DNA of 64,000 nt from Minisyncoccota bacterium (GTDB taxonomy: Bacteria > Patescibacteriota > Minisyncoccia > Phycocordibacterales > PALSA-1337). This document shows positions 26,725 to 36,911 of the stretch, piece after piece (position 1 is the first letter of the stretch; every line of letters begins with the position of its first letter). The translations under genes were made by a program, and so were the position numbers. The DNA is taken from NCBI GenBank assembly GCA_041666915.1, contig JBAYFZ010000001.1, forward strand, positions 201,086-265,085, given 5' to 3'. The notes beneath the pieces are model-generated. The model was not told the origin of the DNA, ran no database searches, and saw only the letters and a program-made list of their open reading frames with translations.

Positions 26725-27777
26725 TTATTTTGAAACTCCTTCACAAATCTTTACCACCGCTATCTCCAATGGCAAAACTTCTATCTTGGATCTACCGACG
26801 GCATCCACAGCATCTAGAAGAGACGCCAAAACAACAGGCGTAATACCCTTCTTCATTGCTATCTGTTCTATAAAAACCCAATCATCTGCCGAGACCCTCT
26901 CCTTAACCTCAGATTTAGAACTTACAGAATGTTGAACGAGTAGAATGAAGCGAGCTTTCTCTAAAACTAAAGTACCAAACAATCCCATACTGATACCGAC
27001 TTTCTCAACACCAAGGAGAACCTTCAGAGCGTTGTCGGCATTCTTTTCTACTAAAGCCGTAATAAAAGAATTTACCAGACCGGCTTTCGGAGAACCAGTG
27101 ATAGCTTCTACTTCTTCGCGAGTAATTTTTTTCATGCCTCGAGCACGGTCGAGAGGAGCACTAGAAGCAGACAAAACTTTTTCCAACATTCCCAAAGAAT
27201 CACGGAATGAACCGTCACCTAGAAGTGCGATGAGATCTCCTGCACCAGAATCAAGTTCGTAACCTTCTTTCTTGGCAACTTCTATAGCCATCTTACGGAC
27301 TATTTCTTTTGCTGGTTTACGGAATGAGAAAGTTTGACAGCGTGAGATTATGGTATCAGGGACTTTATCCAGATCCGTTGTCGCTAGGATGAATATAACG
27401 TGTTTGGGAGGCTCTTCTAGGGTCTTCAAGAGAGCATTCCAAGCTTCTTTGGAAAGCATGTGGACTTCGTCAATAATATAAACTTTAAAAGGTGAAGAGA
27501 AAGGTAAAACCGAGACATGTTCTCGGAGTGAACGGATGTCATCTATACCTCGGTTTGAAGCGGCGTCTATTTCATAAATATCTTCTTCGCTAGCCAAAAC
27601 AGATTTTGCCAAGATGCGTGCAACTGAAGTTTTACCAGTTCCTCTAGAACCGGAAAAAAGAAAAGCGTGGGCAACACGTTTATTGGCTATAGCATCTTTC
27701 AAAGCCGAGACGATATGGTCTTGACCGATGACCTCTGACCACTTGCTAGGGCGATAGGTTCTATATAATACCGACAT
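26725..27777 (-). CDS. dnaX: DNA polymerase III gamma/tau subunit (short form)
   Basis: YRPSKWSEVIGQDHIVSALKDAI...AHAFLFSGSRGTGKTSVARILAK. The clamp-loader AAA+ fold is present. Confidence 0.85.
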   Translation of the reverse strand: MSVLYRTYRPSKWSEVIGQDHIVSALKDAIANKRVAHAFLFSGSRGTGKTSVARILAKSVLASEEDIYEIDAASNRGIDDIRSLREHVSVLPFSSPFKVYIIDEVHMLSKEAWNALLKTLEEPPKHVIFILATTDLDKVPDTIISRCQTFSFRKPAKEIVRKMAIEVAKKEGYELDSGAGDLIALLGDGSFRDSLGMLEKVLSASSAPLDRARGMKKITREEVEAITGSPKAGLVNSFITALVEKNADNALKVLLGVEKVGISMGLFGTLVLEKARFILLVQHSVSSKSEVKERVSADDWVFIEQIAMKKGITPVVLASLLDAVDAVGRSKIEVLPLEIAVVKICEGVSK

Positions 27778-28312
27778 GGAACGATTATAACATAAAGGAA
27801 GACCGCTGTTCTGGCAAACAGCGGTCTTGGTGCCTTTGAGACACCATTTCAGTTTTGGGCTATTTTTTAATTACCAGCGTTGACCACGAACCTTATCGTG
27901 CGCCAGATTCTTCAAGGTGAATATTTGGCCATGATGCAATTTCTTGCGTGGCCTGATTTCTCTCCCTGAAAATCGCTGAAACGAACCCATATTACCAACT
28001 ACTTCTAACCAAATGTTCATGGTAGCTCCAAAGAGAATGCATTCCACGAACTGGACCAAGTTATATGTAGTCTTCATAATCTAACTCCGTTCAAAACATT
28101 ACACCCATAGGAAAAAATATGCAAGTATGAAAAAACCCGAGCAACCTTAGTTATCCACCTCCACTTTTGACTTTACACTCCAATCATTGTATACTAGGTT
28201 TCAGATTAGGCTCTCGTTCGTTGACAAAACGACAGAGTTTCTCCAAACAAAAACAGCTTCAGTATTGTACATATTGTGTGTAATACAAAGCGCAAAAGAA
28301 AGTGAGTAAGTT

Positions 28313-29305
28313 ATGAAAAAATTAATTGACACGATGATTACTATATTCATCGTAACCATCCTTGCTTCCCTTGCGCTAGACGTAAGAGGAGCTGGTTCAA
28401 CATCCAGTATCGTCATAGATTCATCTGGGTTACCCAACAAACTGCCAATGGGTGACGAGTCAACATTCAAAAGTTATATCGTAGGTAAAAACAACCTCGG
28501 AATGAACGTCTGGGTTAGTTTGGGATTCCAAAATGATAATGATAATTGGACACCTTCCAGCTGTGGAAAATTTTCATATGGATACGATTCCTATGATGAT
28601 TTTCTAAATGATGTAACCAATGCTGCAGTGAAAGTACTTGAAAGATACTACACAAATGGTATAGCCTATCCTCCTGGGAGAAAGTTATACGCAATGCTTG
28701 AAGTTACATACTTCAACGACAGACCCGATACCCCATCATATCCAATAGGTCTATGGGTATACAGAGAGGTTGGTACTTTGGAAATGGTTACTCCTATGAC
28801 ATTCAAGGAAGTATTCTCTCTTCCATCAACTGCTACAACAAATCTAGTTGAAAAAGCAGTGATTGCAATACCCGCTCTTGAATATCTAAACATCACCGTA
28901 GAGATGCCAACCGGTGTAGGGACATTCAGTTGGTCCAATTCTGTCGTCAAAACTTCGGCATTGTGGCCAAGTAACCCTTCAAACCAAACAAGGCCTGGTT
29001 ATCTATCTATGGACAAATGGCTTTGTGTTGGCAATTATCCAGCAAGGATCACGATCAGGACAACCAACGGGTCGCTAGCGGTATACACTCATTATGGTGA
29101 CAGGATAAAACCGCCAAAAATGAGCATGCCTGACAGCAAAAATCTTGCAATCAATACCCCCAGAGGTTCAAATACTAAAATCTTTTCATCAACCGATTTG
29201 AAGAACTGGACATTGTTCGGTACTACAAATTCAGGTGGAGTAAATAACATTACACTACCAGTAAATGGCAACGGAAAGACGTTTTATAAGGCTTCTTGCG
29301 AGTAA
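28313..29305 (+). CDS. Secreted hypothetical protein (330 aa)
   Basis: The signal peptide is MKKLIDTMITIFIVTILASLALDVRGAG. No family was recognised. Confidence 0.5.
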   Translation: MKKLIDTMITIFIVTILASLALDVRGAGSTSSIVIDSSGLPNKLPMGDESTFKSYIVGKNNLGMNVWVSLGFQNDNDNWTPSSCGKFSYGYDSYDDFLNDVTNAAVKVLERYYTNGIAYPPGRKLYAMLEVTYFNDRPDTPSYPIGLWVYREVGTLEMVTPMTFKEVFSLPSTATTNLVEKAVIAIPALEYLNITVEMPTGVGTFSWSNSVVKTSALWPSNPSNQTRPGYLSMDKWLCVGNYPARITIRTTNGSLAVYTHYGDRIKPPKMSMPDSKNLAINTPRGSNTKIFSSTDLKNWTLFGTTNSGGVNNITLPVNGNGKTFYKASCE

Positions 29306-29337
29306 GATTGATTGTGAGCAAAATGTATGGAATACAC

Positions 29338-29375
29338 AAACCCTCAACACGATGAATGTTGAGGGTCTTTTGTTA
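29338..29375. terminator. Hairpin AAACCCTCAACA-loop-TGTTGAGGGTCTTTTGTT between convergent genes
   Basis: Read directly. It belongs to the same stem family as the terminators at 18837, 61680 and 63358. Confidence 0.5.
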
Positions 29376-29381
29376 AAGACA

Positions 29382-32300
29382 TCAGAACGTTGTTTCTGCT
29401 TCACCTCCGAAAGAACTGAAAACATTCAAAATAGCTGTTGCAGTTTTTTCTGGATAGGTAACTTGATCGCCACCAGAAGTACAAGTAATCTTGAAAAGAT
29501 AAGTACCCCTAACCGAAGTATTCATACTACTTACATTAGAATTCGCATCTACATTATCATCTGTTAAAACACTACCCCATCCATCTGGATCATTAGAAAT
29601 TGAACGTGAACAATTGTAACCCTCTGTATTAGTAGGACTCCAAGCCGGTAAAGTATTTTGCCATGCCAAACCAAAGCTATATCCTTTCTTTACAGTATAT
29701 TCAGTCCTTTTGGAACTATCGGCAGTGCTACCATTACTACCAATCCAGAGATTGAGTACTGGTTCTACGACTGGTGTAGATATTCTTACATCTTGCCATG
29801 AACTACAGTTATTGGTTTCATCTGACTCTGTGACCGTGCCGGCAAAAGAAAAGTCTTGACTATCAGCACAGACTTTTACAGACTTGACACCATCTGAAGT
29901 AAAAGTATACCGGCCTAAGATAGGTGCATTTTCACCACTTCCCAAACCATCAGGAGAGATGGCTACCATAGGAATAACGTCCGCTACAGTACCACCACCA
30001 CTTGTCTGCTCTGCTACTTGGAAGAAGTTCCTAAATGAAGAATCTACACTGACACCACCAATATTTGAAATATTTGCATAAAAATAAATCAGCGAATCTT
30101 TAGCCCCACCAGAAGAAGTTAGCATGACCGCAGTAAGATCTGGTAATGAAGTTACAGGCGCAGTCACCTTCACTGAAGTCGTAGCATATTCAGTGGTACT
30201 CCAATACGTATCACTTTGTGGATAACCGGTAATTTGGGTGGTCTGTCTAATCGCAACATCTGCTATATAATCCCCTGCCGTAGGATAATTACAATAATAA
30301 ATATTTGACAAAGAACTGACACTCCATACAGGATCAGTATTATGGCATTTGAATGCGTAATACATATTGTTTACACCCCAAGATGAAGCTGTAAGTTTAA
30401 CATTAGTCATACCACCAACCTCTCCAGTGGAAGGCGTGGCAGACAAACTAGGAATAGCTATGTGAACATCGGTACTTGCATTAGCAGTACCCCCCGGTCC
30501 TATACAGGTCACACTAAATGAACTATCTGTATACATAGCACCAGTACCAGCAAAAATAGTATTATCATAATTATACGGTGACATAGTACCCGTTGGAATA
30601 AAATATCTGTCACATGATGTTGTATTTTGGGAAGAACCAAAGAAAAATGTTCCTTGACCCTTCAAAACATAACTAGGGTTGACTGTCATCTCAACCGTAG
30701 GAGGTGGGTTGGCCGTAACAGTTACAAAAGCGCGGTCTGAAGAAGGCCAAGGAACAGTCCATGTACAAGTCATATCAAAAGTAGTTGTTACATTCAGAAT
30801 ACTGGTCTGTAAACCGGTAGTATTGACAAGAGGTACTTCTGTACCTTTTGTATAAGGTGCAGGCCAATTATCACCTGCAAAACATTTGTCTGGATTTTGA
30901 CTAGTTGACCAAAACAGATTGGTGTAATTACCAGTGTTAACTGAACTAGGTGTAGCTGTTATGATAACATTTCCATTTGGAGGACTATTGACCAAAGTCA
31001 CCGTCACACTATCGCTTGCAGATCCTTCAGGACCAGTACAAGTTATTTCATAAGTCTTTGTAGCTGTTATAGGACCAGTACTTACACCAACATAATTTGA
31101 TGTACCAGTATAACTTGCTGGCCAAGAAGCTCCTGTAACACATGATGTGGTATTTTCAGATACCCAAGAAAGTTGGGATGAAGAATTGTAGGTCACCGAC
31201 AAAGGGTTTGCACTTAGATCAACAGTCGGGGTACCTGTAGGCGGAGGACTGGCTTGAGAAGAACCGACCGTGATGACTGTCACAGGCGTTGCAATTATTC
31301 CCGATTGCGTAACTTTGGCAGAAGCTGTATATGTACCATTTGTTGTATAAGTACAAGAAAAAGAATTTGAAGATTGTGAAAGACTCCACATATCAATATC
31401 CTTACATTTAAACTGATAAGTGATAGCACCGATAGCAGTTCCACCTGTACGTGTAGCGGTGAGAGTATTATCCAAAGTCGCACTACCACTAGAAGGACTT
31501 GCAACAAGAGACGCCGTGAGAGCTGGAGTATTAACATCAAAAGGAATAGCGTGTGTACCAAACTGATGTGGTAACCACTGCCACCCTACTCCATCTACAT
31601 AATCAAAAGTATTACCCCAATCTTGACCATTCAAAATATGAGAACCTGCAGTGACACCGTACGTATCATAAAAAATTAAATTACCTACACAAGAATAAAC
31701 AGCCTGAACCACACTTTCTTGAGGTCCACCATCAACATCCGCAGAAATACTTAGGGCTGTATTACTATTGAAATTACAACCACCACTAACATCAGATACG
31801 GATCCAGAAGCGATTATTGATTCTCCAAAATCATAAGTGGATTTATTGAGGCCTAGATTGTAAACATAAGTATAACCAGCAACGTTATAGATCTTTGTAT
31901 CTGCTTTAACCATATCCACACCACCAAACATATACAAACCAAAAACCAAAAATAATACAAATATACTTTTCAACTTTTTATTTATATGTACTCGCAACAT
32001 GATGACTATCATTATCAATATAAATCCAACAATTATTGTGATAGTTTCAGCTACAGGCCAACTGGCTTTTACTTCCACAGGCGTTGTTACTTTTGCTTCT
32101 TTCGTATCCAAGATTTGTGACTTGCCACCTGATTTGGCTTCAAAAGATATATTAGCCTTAGGATCATTACAACCTGTTACTATTGGTACAAGAGCATTGA
32201 TAACCAAATTGTTTACACCCATCATCTGTTGACCACAGACAACTCCTTCTCGGTTAGTTACAGTGACTTTGATTACTTGATTTTCAAGACTTGTACCAGC

Positions 32301-33257
32301 ACCCAAACGTGAATCTGGAAAAGTATCAGCCGATGGTGTCAAGAAAATTTGTAATTTTGCAGTATCTCCTGTTTTATATGAAGATTTGTCAAAAACGATA
32401 TTTTGAATAGTACCACTTGCACCACGTAGAACGTAATGGAATCTGGCTGTATTGGAAGTAGTGGTACTACTGGTCAATGAAAAAAGTAGATCGTATGATT
32501 GTGGTTGCAGAGCTTTTGGTAATTCAAATGACAATGTAGAGGTACCAGCTTTTACTGTAACTGCCGTGACTACAGGTTCAGTCTGATTTACTTTATTACC
32601 ATAAATAGTTCTGTTATAGGTTTCAAAAACTGGCTTGAGAATAGTAAAATCACTAAATATTTTACAGTTAGCTATCAATACCTCATTTTGATTTATATCT
32701 ACACCCTGATTTGGTTTATACCCTTTTTGTGGTTTTTCGCCTTTTACACTTAGACTACATGTGTCTGATATGATCTCAATTCTTGGTAGCTTGTTACTTT
32801 GCAAAGTGACATCTCCTAGACTTGCCAAAGCCAAAGGAAGACCTCTATCATTGTTACTTTTAATCCAGAGTTGATATATACCACCAGAAAGTGCTACTGG
32901 TGATGTATATATAATGTTTTTCTGAATTGTTTGATTTGGACCCAACTCTATAATTTCGTCGTATACCTTTTCATCTGCGGTACTTCCAAACGGAGGTTTA
33001 GTCAGTACTACAGAATATTTGATACCTGATTGAACTCCTTCGCGATTGGAGAGATCAAAAGAGAGCCTAAGGGTATTTTCTCTTTGAGAGACTATTCTGG
33101 CATTATAGATATTGACAGTAGCAACTGTAGCGCTGATCGCTTTTGAAGAAGTGGAGGTGTTGGACGGTATACTTTGCGCAGAGACGTCACTTCCAAAGAA
33201 CAATACACCTAATGTAAAGAATGCTAACGAGATATTCTTTTTCATTTCTATATTCAT
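29382..33257 (-). CDS. Giant Ser/Thr-rich surface protein (1291 aa) with Ig/PKD-like repeats, an internal TM plus signal-peptide-like segment, and a conserved C-terminal domain
   Basis: The N-terminal signal peptide is MKKNISLAFFTLGVLFFGSDVSAQS. The internal segment is ITIIVGFILIMIVIM-LRVHINKKLKS-IFVLFLVFGLYMFGGVDMVKA. It has repeated Y(Q/A)FKC...YTASAKV modules. Its C-terminal 120 aa are homologous to the C-terminus of the next gene. Confidence 0.7.
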   Translation of the reverse strand: MNIEMKKNISLAFFTLGVLFFGSDVSAQSIPSNTSTSSKAISATVATVNIYNARIVSQRENTLRLSFDLSNREGVQSGIKYSVVLTKPPFGSTADEKVYDEIIELGPNQTIQKNIIYTSPVALSGGIYQLWIKSNNDRGLPLALASLGDVTLQSNKLPRIEIISDTCSLSVKGEKPQKGYKPNQGVDINQNEVLIANCKIFSDFTILKPVFETYNRTIYGNKVNQTEPVVTAVTVKAGTSTLSFELPKALQPQSYDLLFSLTSSTTTSNTARFHYVLRGASGTIQNIVFDKSSYKTGDTAKLQIFLTPSADTFPDSRLGAGTSLENQVIKVTVTNREGVVCGQQMMGVNNLVINALVPIVTGCNDPKANISFEAKSGGKSQILDTKEAKVTTPVEVKASWPVAETITIIVGFILIMIVIMLRVHINKKLKSIFVLFLVFGLYMFGGVDMVKADTKIYNVAGYTYVYNLGLNKSTYDFGESIIASGSVSDVSGGCNFNSNTALSISADVDGGPQESVVQAVYSCVGNLIFYDTYGVTAGSHILNGQDWGNTFDYVDGVGWQWLPHQFGTHAIPFDVNTPALTASLVASPSSGSATLDNTLTATRTGGTAIGAITYQFKCKDIDMWSLSQSSNSFSCTYTTNGTYTASAKVTQSGIIATPVTVITVGSSQASPPPTGTPTVDLSANPLSVTYNSSSQLSWVSENTTSCVTGASWPASYTGTSNYVGVSTGPITATKTYEITCTGPEGSASDSVTVTLVNSPPNGNVIITATPSSVNTGNYTNLFWSTSQNPDKCFAGDNWPAPYTKGTEVPLVNTTGLQTSILNVTTTFDMTCTWTVPWPSSDRAFVTVTANPPPTVEMTVNPSYVLKGQGTFFFGSSQNTTSCDRYFIPTGTMSPYNYDNTIFAGTGAMYTDSSFSVTCIGPGGTANASTDVHIAIPSLSATPSTGEVGGMTNVKLTASSWGVNNMYYAFKCHNTDPVWSVSSLSNIYYCNYPTAGDYIADVAIRQTTQITGYPQSDTYWSTTEYATTSVKVTAPVTSLPDLTAVMLTSSGGAKDSLIYFYANISNIGGVSVDSSFRNFFQVAEQTSGGGTVADVIPMVAISPDGLGSGENAPILGRYTFTSDGVKSVKVCADSQDFSFAGTVTESDETNNCSSWQDVRISTPVVEPVLNLWIGSNGSTADSSKRTEYTVKKGYSFGLAWQNTLPAWSPTNTEGYNCSRSISNDPDGWGSVLTDDNVDANSNVSSMNTSVRGTYLFKITCTSGGDQVTYPEKTATAILNVFSSFGGEAETTF

Positions 33258-33300
33258 ATATTTTACCTCGATTCAACTCCAATTGTGAACAATGAAATAA

Positions 33301-34581
33301 TCATCTCTCCCCGCCACCACCCGAGGAACTGATCACTTCCAACACAGCTGAAGCTGTTTGTGTATCATCGGGACTTCCTCCTTTATTTTCACATAGTATC
33401 TTAAAGACGTATGTACCAGTATCTGTGGTATTCATTGGAGAGAAAGTTCTACCATCAGAATTGACATTACCATCCCACACAGAAGACCAATTAGAACCAC
33501 TAGCAGTTGGTATCAAAGTATTACACTGGTAACCTTTACCAGTATTTTGATTGAATTTTGGATTTAATGCATTACCCCATTTCAAACCAAAGGTATAACC
33601 TTTCTTAACTGTATATGAATTTTTATTGGCACTATTACCGGTACCGCCAATCCAGAGATTGAGTAAAGAATCCGTAGTGGTAATCTCTTTTGTAGGTGTT
33701 GACGTTACACCCTCTCGTACAACCTTTGCTGAAGCTGTGTAATTACCAATATCTAGACCGGAATAATCACAATCTGCATAAACTTTGAAAGTATCTGTGG
33801 TAGTAATAGGGGTACTCCATGAAGAATCTGTTTCCTTACATTTGAATTGATAAGTGATGGGACCTACAGCCGTACCACCAGAAACACTAACAATGAATGT
33901 TCTACGGAGACTCCTCAAGCCTATCTGATAATCAACAGTCATGACCGTACTCAAAGTTGGAGTTGAGACTGGATTTGGAGTAAGTGGCAACGATGAATAA
34001 TCTGGATTGAATTGCAACCAACCGATAACATTTCCTCCCCAAGCATATCCGCGTAACATCTTGGTTGAAGCACCACCAACAATAACATCGTCCATATGTA
34101 CGCCCGATGATCCTCCGGCAGTAGAAGGATGATTTGCTCCTGCCAACTCTATCCAACCATCCCAACCATCAGTCCTACTGACCATACTGCTACAATCACC
34201 ATTTGCTGTACCTGCACAAGCACGTGCCCAACCTCTCACTTCTCCAGTCGTTGAATCTATATTTGCAGGAACTCCAGAAGCACCATTTGAAGGATAGCCT
34301 GATAAACCACCAAATTTTATCCAACCAATGTTAGACGACCAAGCGTAACCCGTGATATCACCACTCACCGAACCAACAACTACGGGAGTATTGTTCGGAG
34401 CAAGATCCACCCAACCGATATTTGACGACCAAGCCCAATTTCCTAAACTAACAGAATCTGCCCTAACAGATGTAGCAGGTTTTGTGATAATAGTAAGAAT
34501 CGTAACCGTAATAAACAAAATCAATACTGTCGTAATGGTAGCTAAGACATTTCTCCTCATTATTGAAGTGTTATTAGGCAT
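33301..34581 (-). CDS. Surface protein (426 aa) with 3x (Y/W)AW(S/G)xN(I/V)GW repeats, a PKD-like module and the shared C-terminal domain
   Basis: The TM/signal is MRRNVLATITTVLILFITVTILTIIT. The three repeats are WAWSSNIGWVDL, YAWSSNIGWIKF and YAWGGNVIGWLQF. The C-terminus NLWIGGTGN...GTYVFKILC aligns with NLWIGSNGS...GTYLFKITC of the giant protein. Confidence 0.65.
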   Translation of the reverse strand: MPNNTSIMRRNVLATITTVLILFITVTILTIITKPATSVRADSVSLGNWAWSSNIGWVDLAPNNTPVVVGSVSGDITGYAWSSNIGWIKFGGLSGYPSNGASGVPANIDSTTGEVRGWARACAGTANGDCSSMVSRTDGWDGWIELAGANHPSTAGGSSGVHMDDVIVGGASTKMLRGYAWGGNVIGWLQFNPDYSSLPLTPNPVSTPTLSTVMTVDYQIGLRSLRRTFIVSVSGGTAVGPITYQFKCKETDSSWSTPITTTDTFKVYADCDYSGLDIGNYTASAKVVREGVTSTPTKEITTTDSLLNLWIGGTGNSANKNSYTVKKGYTFGLKWGNALNPKFNQNTGKGYQCNTLIPTASGSNWSSVWDGNVNSDGRTFSPMNTTDTGTYVFKILCENKGGSPDDTQTASAVLEVISSSGGGGER

Positions 34582-34689
34582 AAGAATCTATATTTTTTAA
34601 AAAATTAAAAGAAATAATATCATGTCAATAATAACATTATTACGCACCACCAACAAAGTCATTTGGGGATAAGTATGGCTTTATTTGGG

Positions 34690-35718
34690 CTATTTTTCTA
34701 ATTTTAAATATTCTTTTACAACCTTTTCAACTTCTTTAGAATTCTTACAATTCATAAGTTCAACACGAAGCTCTTTTGCACCATCCCAACCAGAAACATA
34801 AGCTTTGAAGTGTTTCTTCATAACATCAAAATTCTTCATCTTGACACTACCCTTTTTGAAAGTTTTTTCAAAGAGTTTTGTATGTTCAACCATGATTTTT
34901 AACCGAACCTGTTTTGTTGGCGTCTTTTCTGAAGAAAAATCAGTAATTTCACTAAATTTTGGATCCTTGGAAAAAAACCATGGTCTACCAAATATGCCCC
35001 GACCGATCATAACTCCATCACAACCATACTTTCTGACCATTTCTTGTGCCATTTCTAGAGAATTAACATCTCCATTTCCTATTATCAAAGTCTCTGGAGA
35101 TATTTCATTTCTCATTTTAATAATCTCTGGCATAACATCCCAATGAGCTTTCACCAAAGATAACTCTTTTGTAGTGCGCAGATGAACAGTTAGAGCTGGA
35201 AGCTTTTGCTCCAAAAGCAATCTAATCCAATCCAAATCTATTTTTGTATAACCAATCCTAGTTTTAACTGAAATTGGGATAGAAGATCCTTCCCTAGCCA
35301 TTTTTAGTACTTCAAGAGCTATTTTTGAATTTTTAATCAATGAAGATCCGCCTCCTTGTTTCAAAACTGCCCGATCTGGGCAACCCATGTTGAGATCCAA
35401 ACCATCAAAACCAAGTTTACTAACCAATTCTGCAGTACCCTTCATGACTTCTGGATGTCCTGTAAAAAGTTGAGCTACAATAGGTTTTTCTTTCTTAGAA
35501 AATTCCAAATTATGTAACAATTGTTTCCTCCCTTTGGACATGAGTCCATCTGCTGAGACGAATTCTGTCCACATAACATCAGGTTTACCGTACTTAGCTA
35601 TCATCTGGCGAAAAGCGTAATCTGTAACATTGGCCATTGGTGCTAACACAAAAAACGGCTTACCCAAGCCTTTCCAGAAGTTCTTCTCTTTTTTCTTATC
35701 CAAAACCTTCATAGTCAA
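34690..35718 (-). CDS. tRNA-dihydrouridine synthase
   Basis: The TIM-barrel Dus motifs are MANVTDYAFRQM, LDLNMGCP and the catalytic Cys region. Confidence 0.85.
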   Translation of the reverse strand: MTMKVLDKKKEKNFWKGLGKPFFVLAPMANVTDYAFRQMIAKYGKPDVMWTEFVSADGLMSKGRKQLLHNLEFSKKEKPIVAQLFTGHPEVMKGTAELVSKLGFDGLDLNMGCPDRAVLKQGGGSSLIKNSKIALEVLKMAREGSSIPISVKTRIGYTKIDLDWIRLLLEQKLPALTVHLRTTKELSLVKAHWDVMPEIIKMRNEISPETLIIGNGDVNSLEMAQEMVRKYGCDGVMIGRGIFGRPWFFSKDPKFSEITDFSSEKTPTKQVRLKIMVEHTKLFEKTFKKGSVKMKNFDVMKKHFKAYVSGWDGAKELRVELMNCKNSKEVEKVVKEYLKLEK

Positions 35719-35787
35719 CTCACTTTACCGTTTTTGACGAATAATGGGAAGGAATGTTAGTAGTGCAAAGTTGCAAATTTTTTTGTT

Positions 35788-35930
35788 GTCATTCCCGCGA
35801 AGGCGATTTAGTAAAATCATGTCGTATGGACCGGTGAATCCAGGATTACTACGAGATAATAGTTTGTTATAATTTATTTGAAGACAGATTTTGTGGTGAC
35901 ATCCTGGATTCCCGCCTTCGCGGGAATGAC
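35788..35930. repeat. Inverted-repeat element, copy 3, with the same 31-bp nested insertion variant as copy 2
   Basis: The left end reads GTCATTCCCGCGAAGGCG-[ATTTAGTAAAATCATGTCGTATGGACCGGT]-GAATCCAGGAT, and the right TIR is canonical. It ends 8 bp before the stop of the carboxypeptidase gene. Confidence 0.85.
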
Positions 35931-35938
35931 ACGCAACA

Positions 35939-36901
35939 TTATTCCGAAATCTTCGCCAACAACTTAACTACATCCCCATCTCTCGCATTACTTCCCAAAA
36001 CGATGACGGCATAAACATCTTTTTTATCACCCATCTCAAACAACATTGCACCAGTTTGATCCGCTTCATCTGTATAACCATTTTTACCACCTAAATAATT
36101 TGACCAACTTAAAAAATGTGCTGGATTCGTCCAAGTATGTGAACGCATAACTTTTGTCTTTGTTTCTGTAATCGCCATTATTTCCGGTTCATTGATTCGT
36201 ATCCAATCTAGTATGACTGCAATATCATTTACCGTTGATCTACTACTAGCCGACAAACCAGAAGGTTCGTAGAATGTAGTCCTATACGCACCTATAGATT
36301 GAACAAAATCATTCATAGTTTTAATAAATTTCACACGACCGTAACTTTTGGCCAGAGCTTCAGCCGCATCATTGGAAGAATCCATGAGGAGTGGGTAGGA
36401 CAAATCACCAGCCCTAAATGTTTCGCCAATTTTAAATTGAGCAGTATTACCGTAAGTGTTGATTATTTCTCTTGTAATCTGAACCTTTGTCTCACCGTCA
36501 ATCAATCTTTTGGCAACAACAGCGGTAACCAATTTCGTAAGTGAAGCGATAGGTAAAAGCTTGTTGGGATTGCTTTCTGCAATAACTTTTCCTGTTTTTA
36601 GATCTTTTACCATATAAGCATCTGCTGAAATGGTATTTATAGAGCCATTTGGTAATGAAAGCGTCGCTGCTGACATCAAACCTTCTTCTTCACTAGCTGT
36701 ATAACGGACTGTACGTTTCAAGCCAGAGATAGAAGTCCCATCTATGGGTTGAGATACAATAGAATCGGCAAGAAACGATAGATTAATATTTGCTAGTTTG
36801 GGTATAACCGATACAACAAACAATCTTCCTACAAAGGCAATCAGAATACCACAAGCAACAGCAGTTATACCTCCAAAAACTACATAAAAGAAATGCTTCA
36901 T
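35939..36901 (-). CDS. Serine-type D-Ala-D-Ala carboxypeptidase (PBP5/6-like, peptidase S11)
   Basis: SxxK is ASLTKL, an SxN-like motif is present, and the KTG-like motif is KNGYT. There is an N-terminal TM. Confidence 0.7.
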   Translation of the reverse strand: MKHFFYVVFGGITAVACGILIAFVGRLFVVSVIPKLANINLSFLADSIVSQPIDGTSISGLKRTVRYTASEEEGLMSAATLSLPNGSINTISADAYMVKDLKTGKVIAESNPNKLLPIASLTKLVTAVVAKRLIDGETKVQITREIINTYGNTAQFKIGETFRAGDLSYPLLMDSSNDAAEALAKSYGRVKFIKTMNDFVQSIGAYRTTFYEPSGLSASSRSTVNDIAVILDWIRINEPEIMAITETKTKVMRSHTWTNPAHFLSWSNYLGGKNGYTDEADQTGAMLFEMGDKKDVYAVIVLGSNARDGDVVKLLAKISE

Positions 36902-36911
36902 TGGAAGTATT

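Noticed and set aside
26624-27262. ORFs 26624-26935 (+) and 26945-27262 (+)
   Set aside because: They are antisense to dnaX, a well-supported gene, and carry no motifs.
27871-28077. 68 aa minus-strand ORF between dnaX and the secreted-protein gene
   Set aside because: It has no motif and atypical composition. It is left uncalled as probably spurious.
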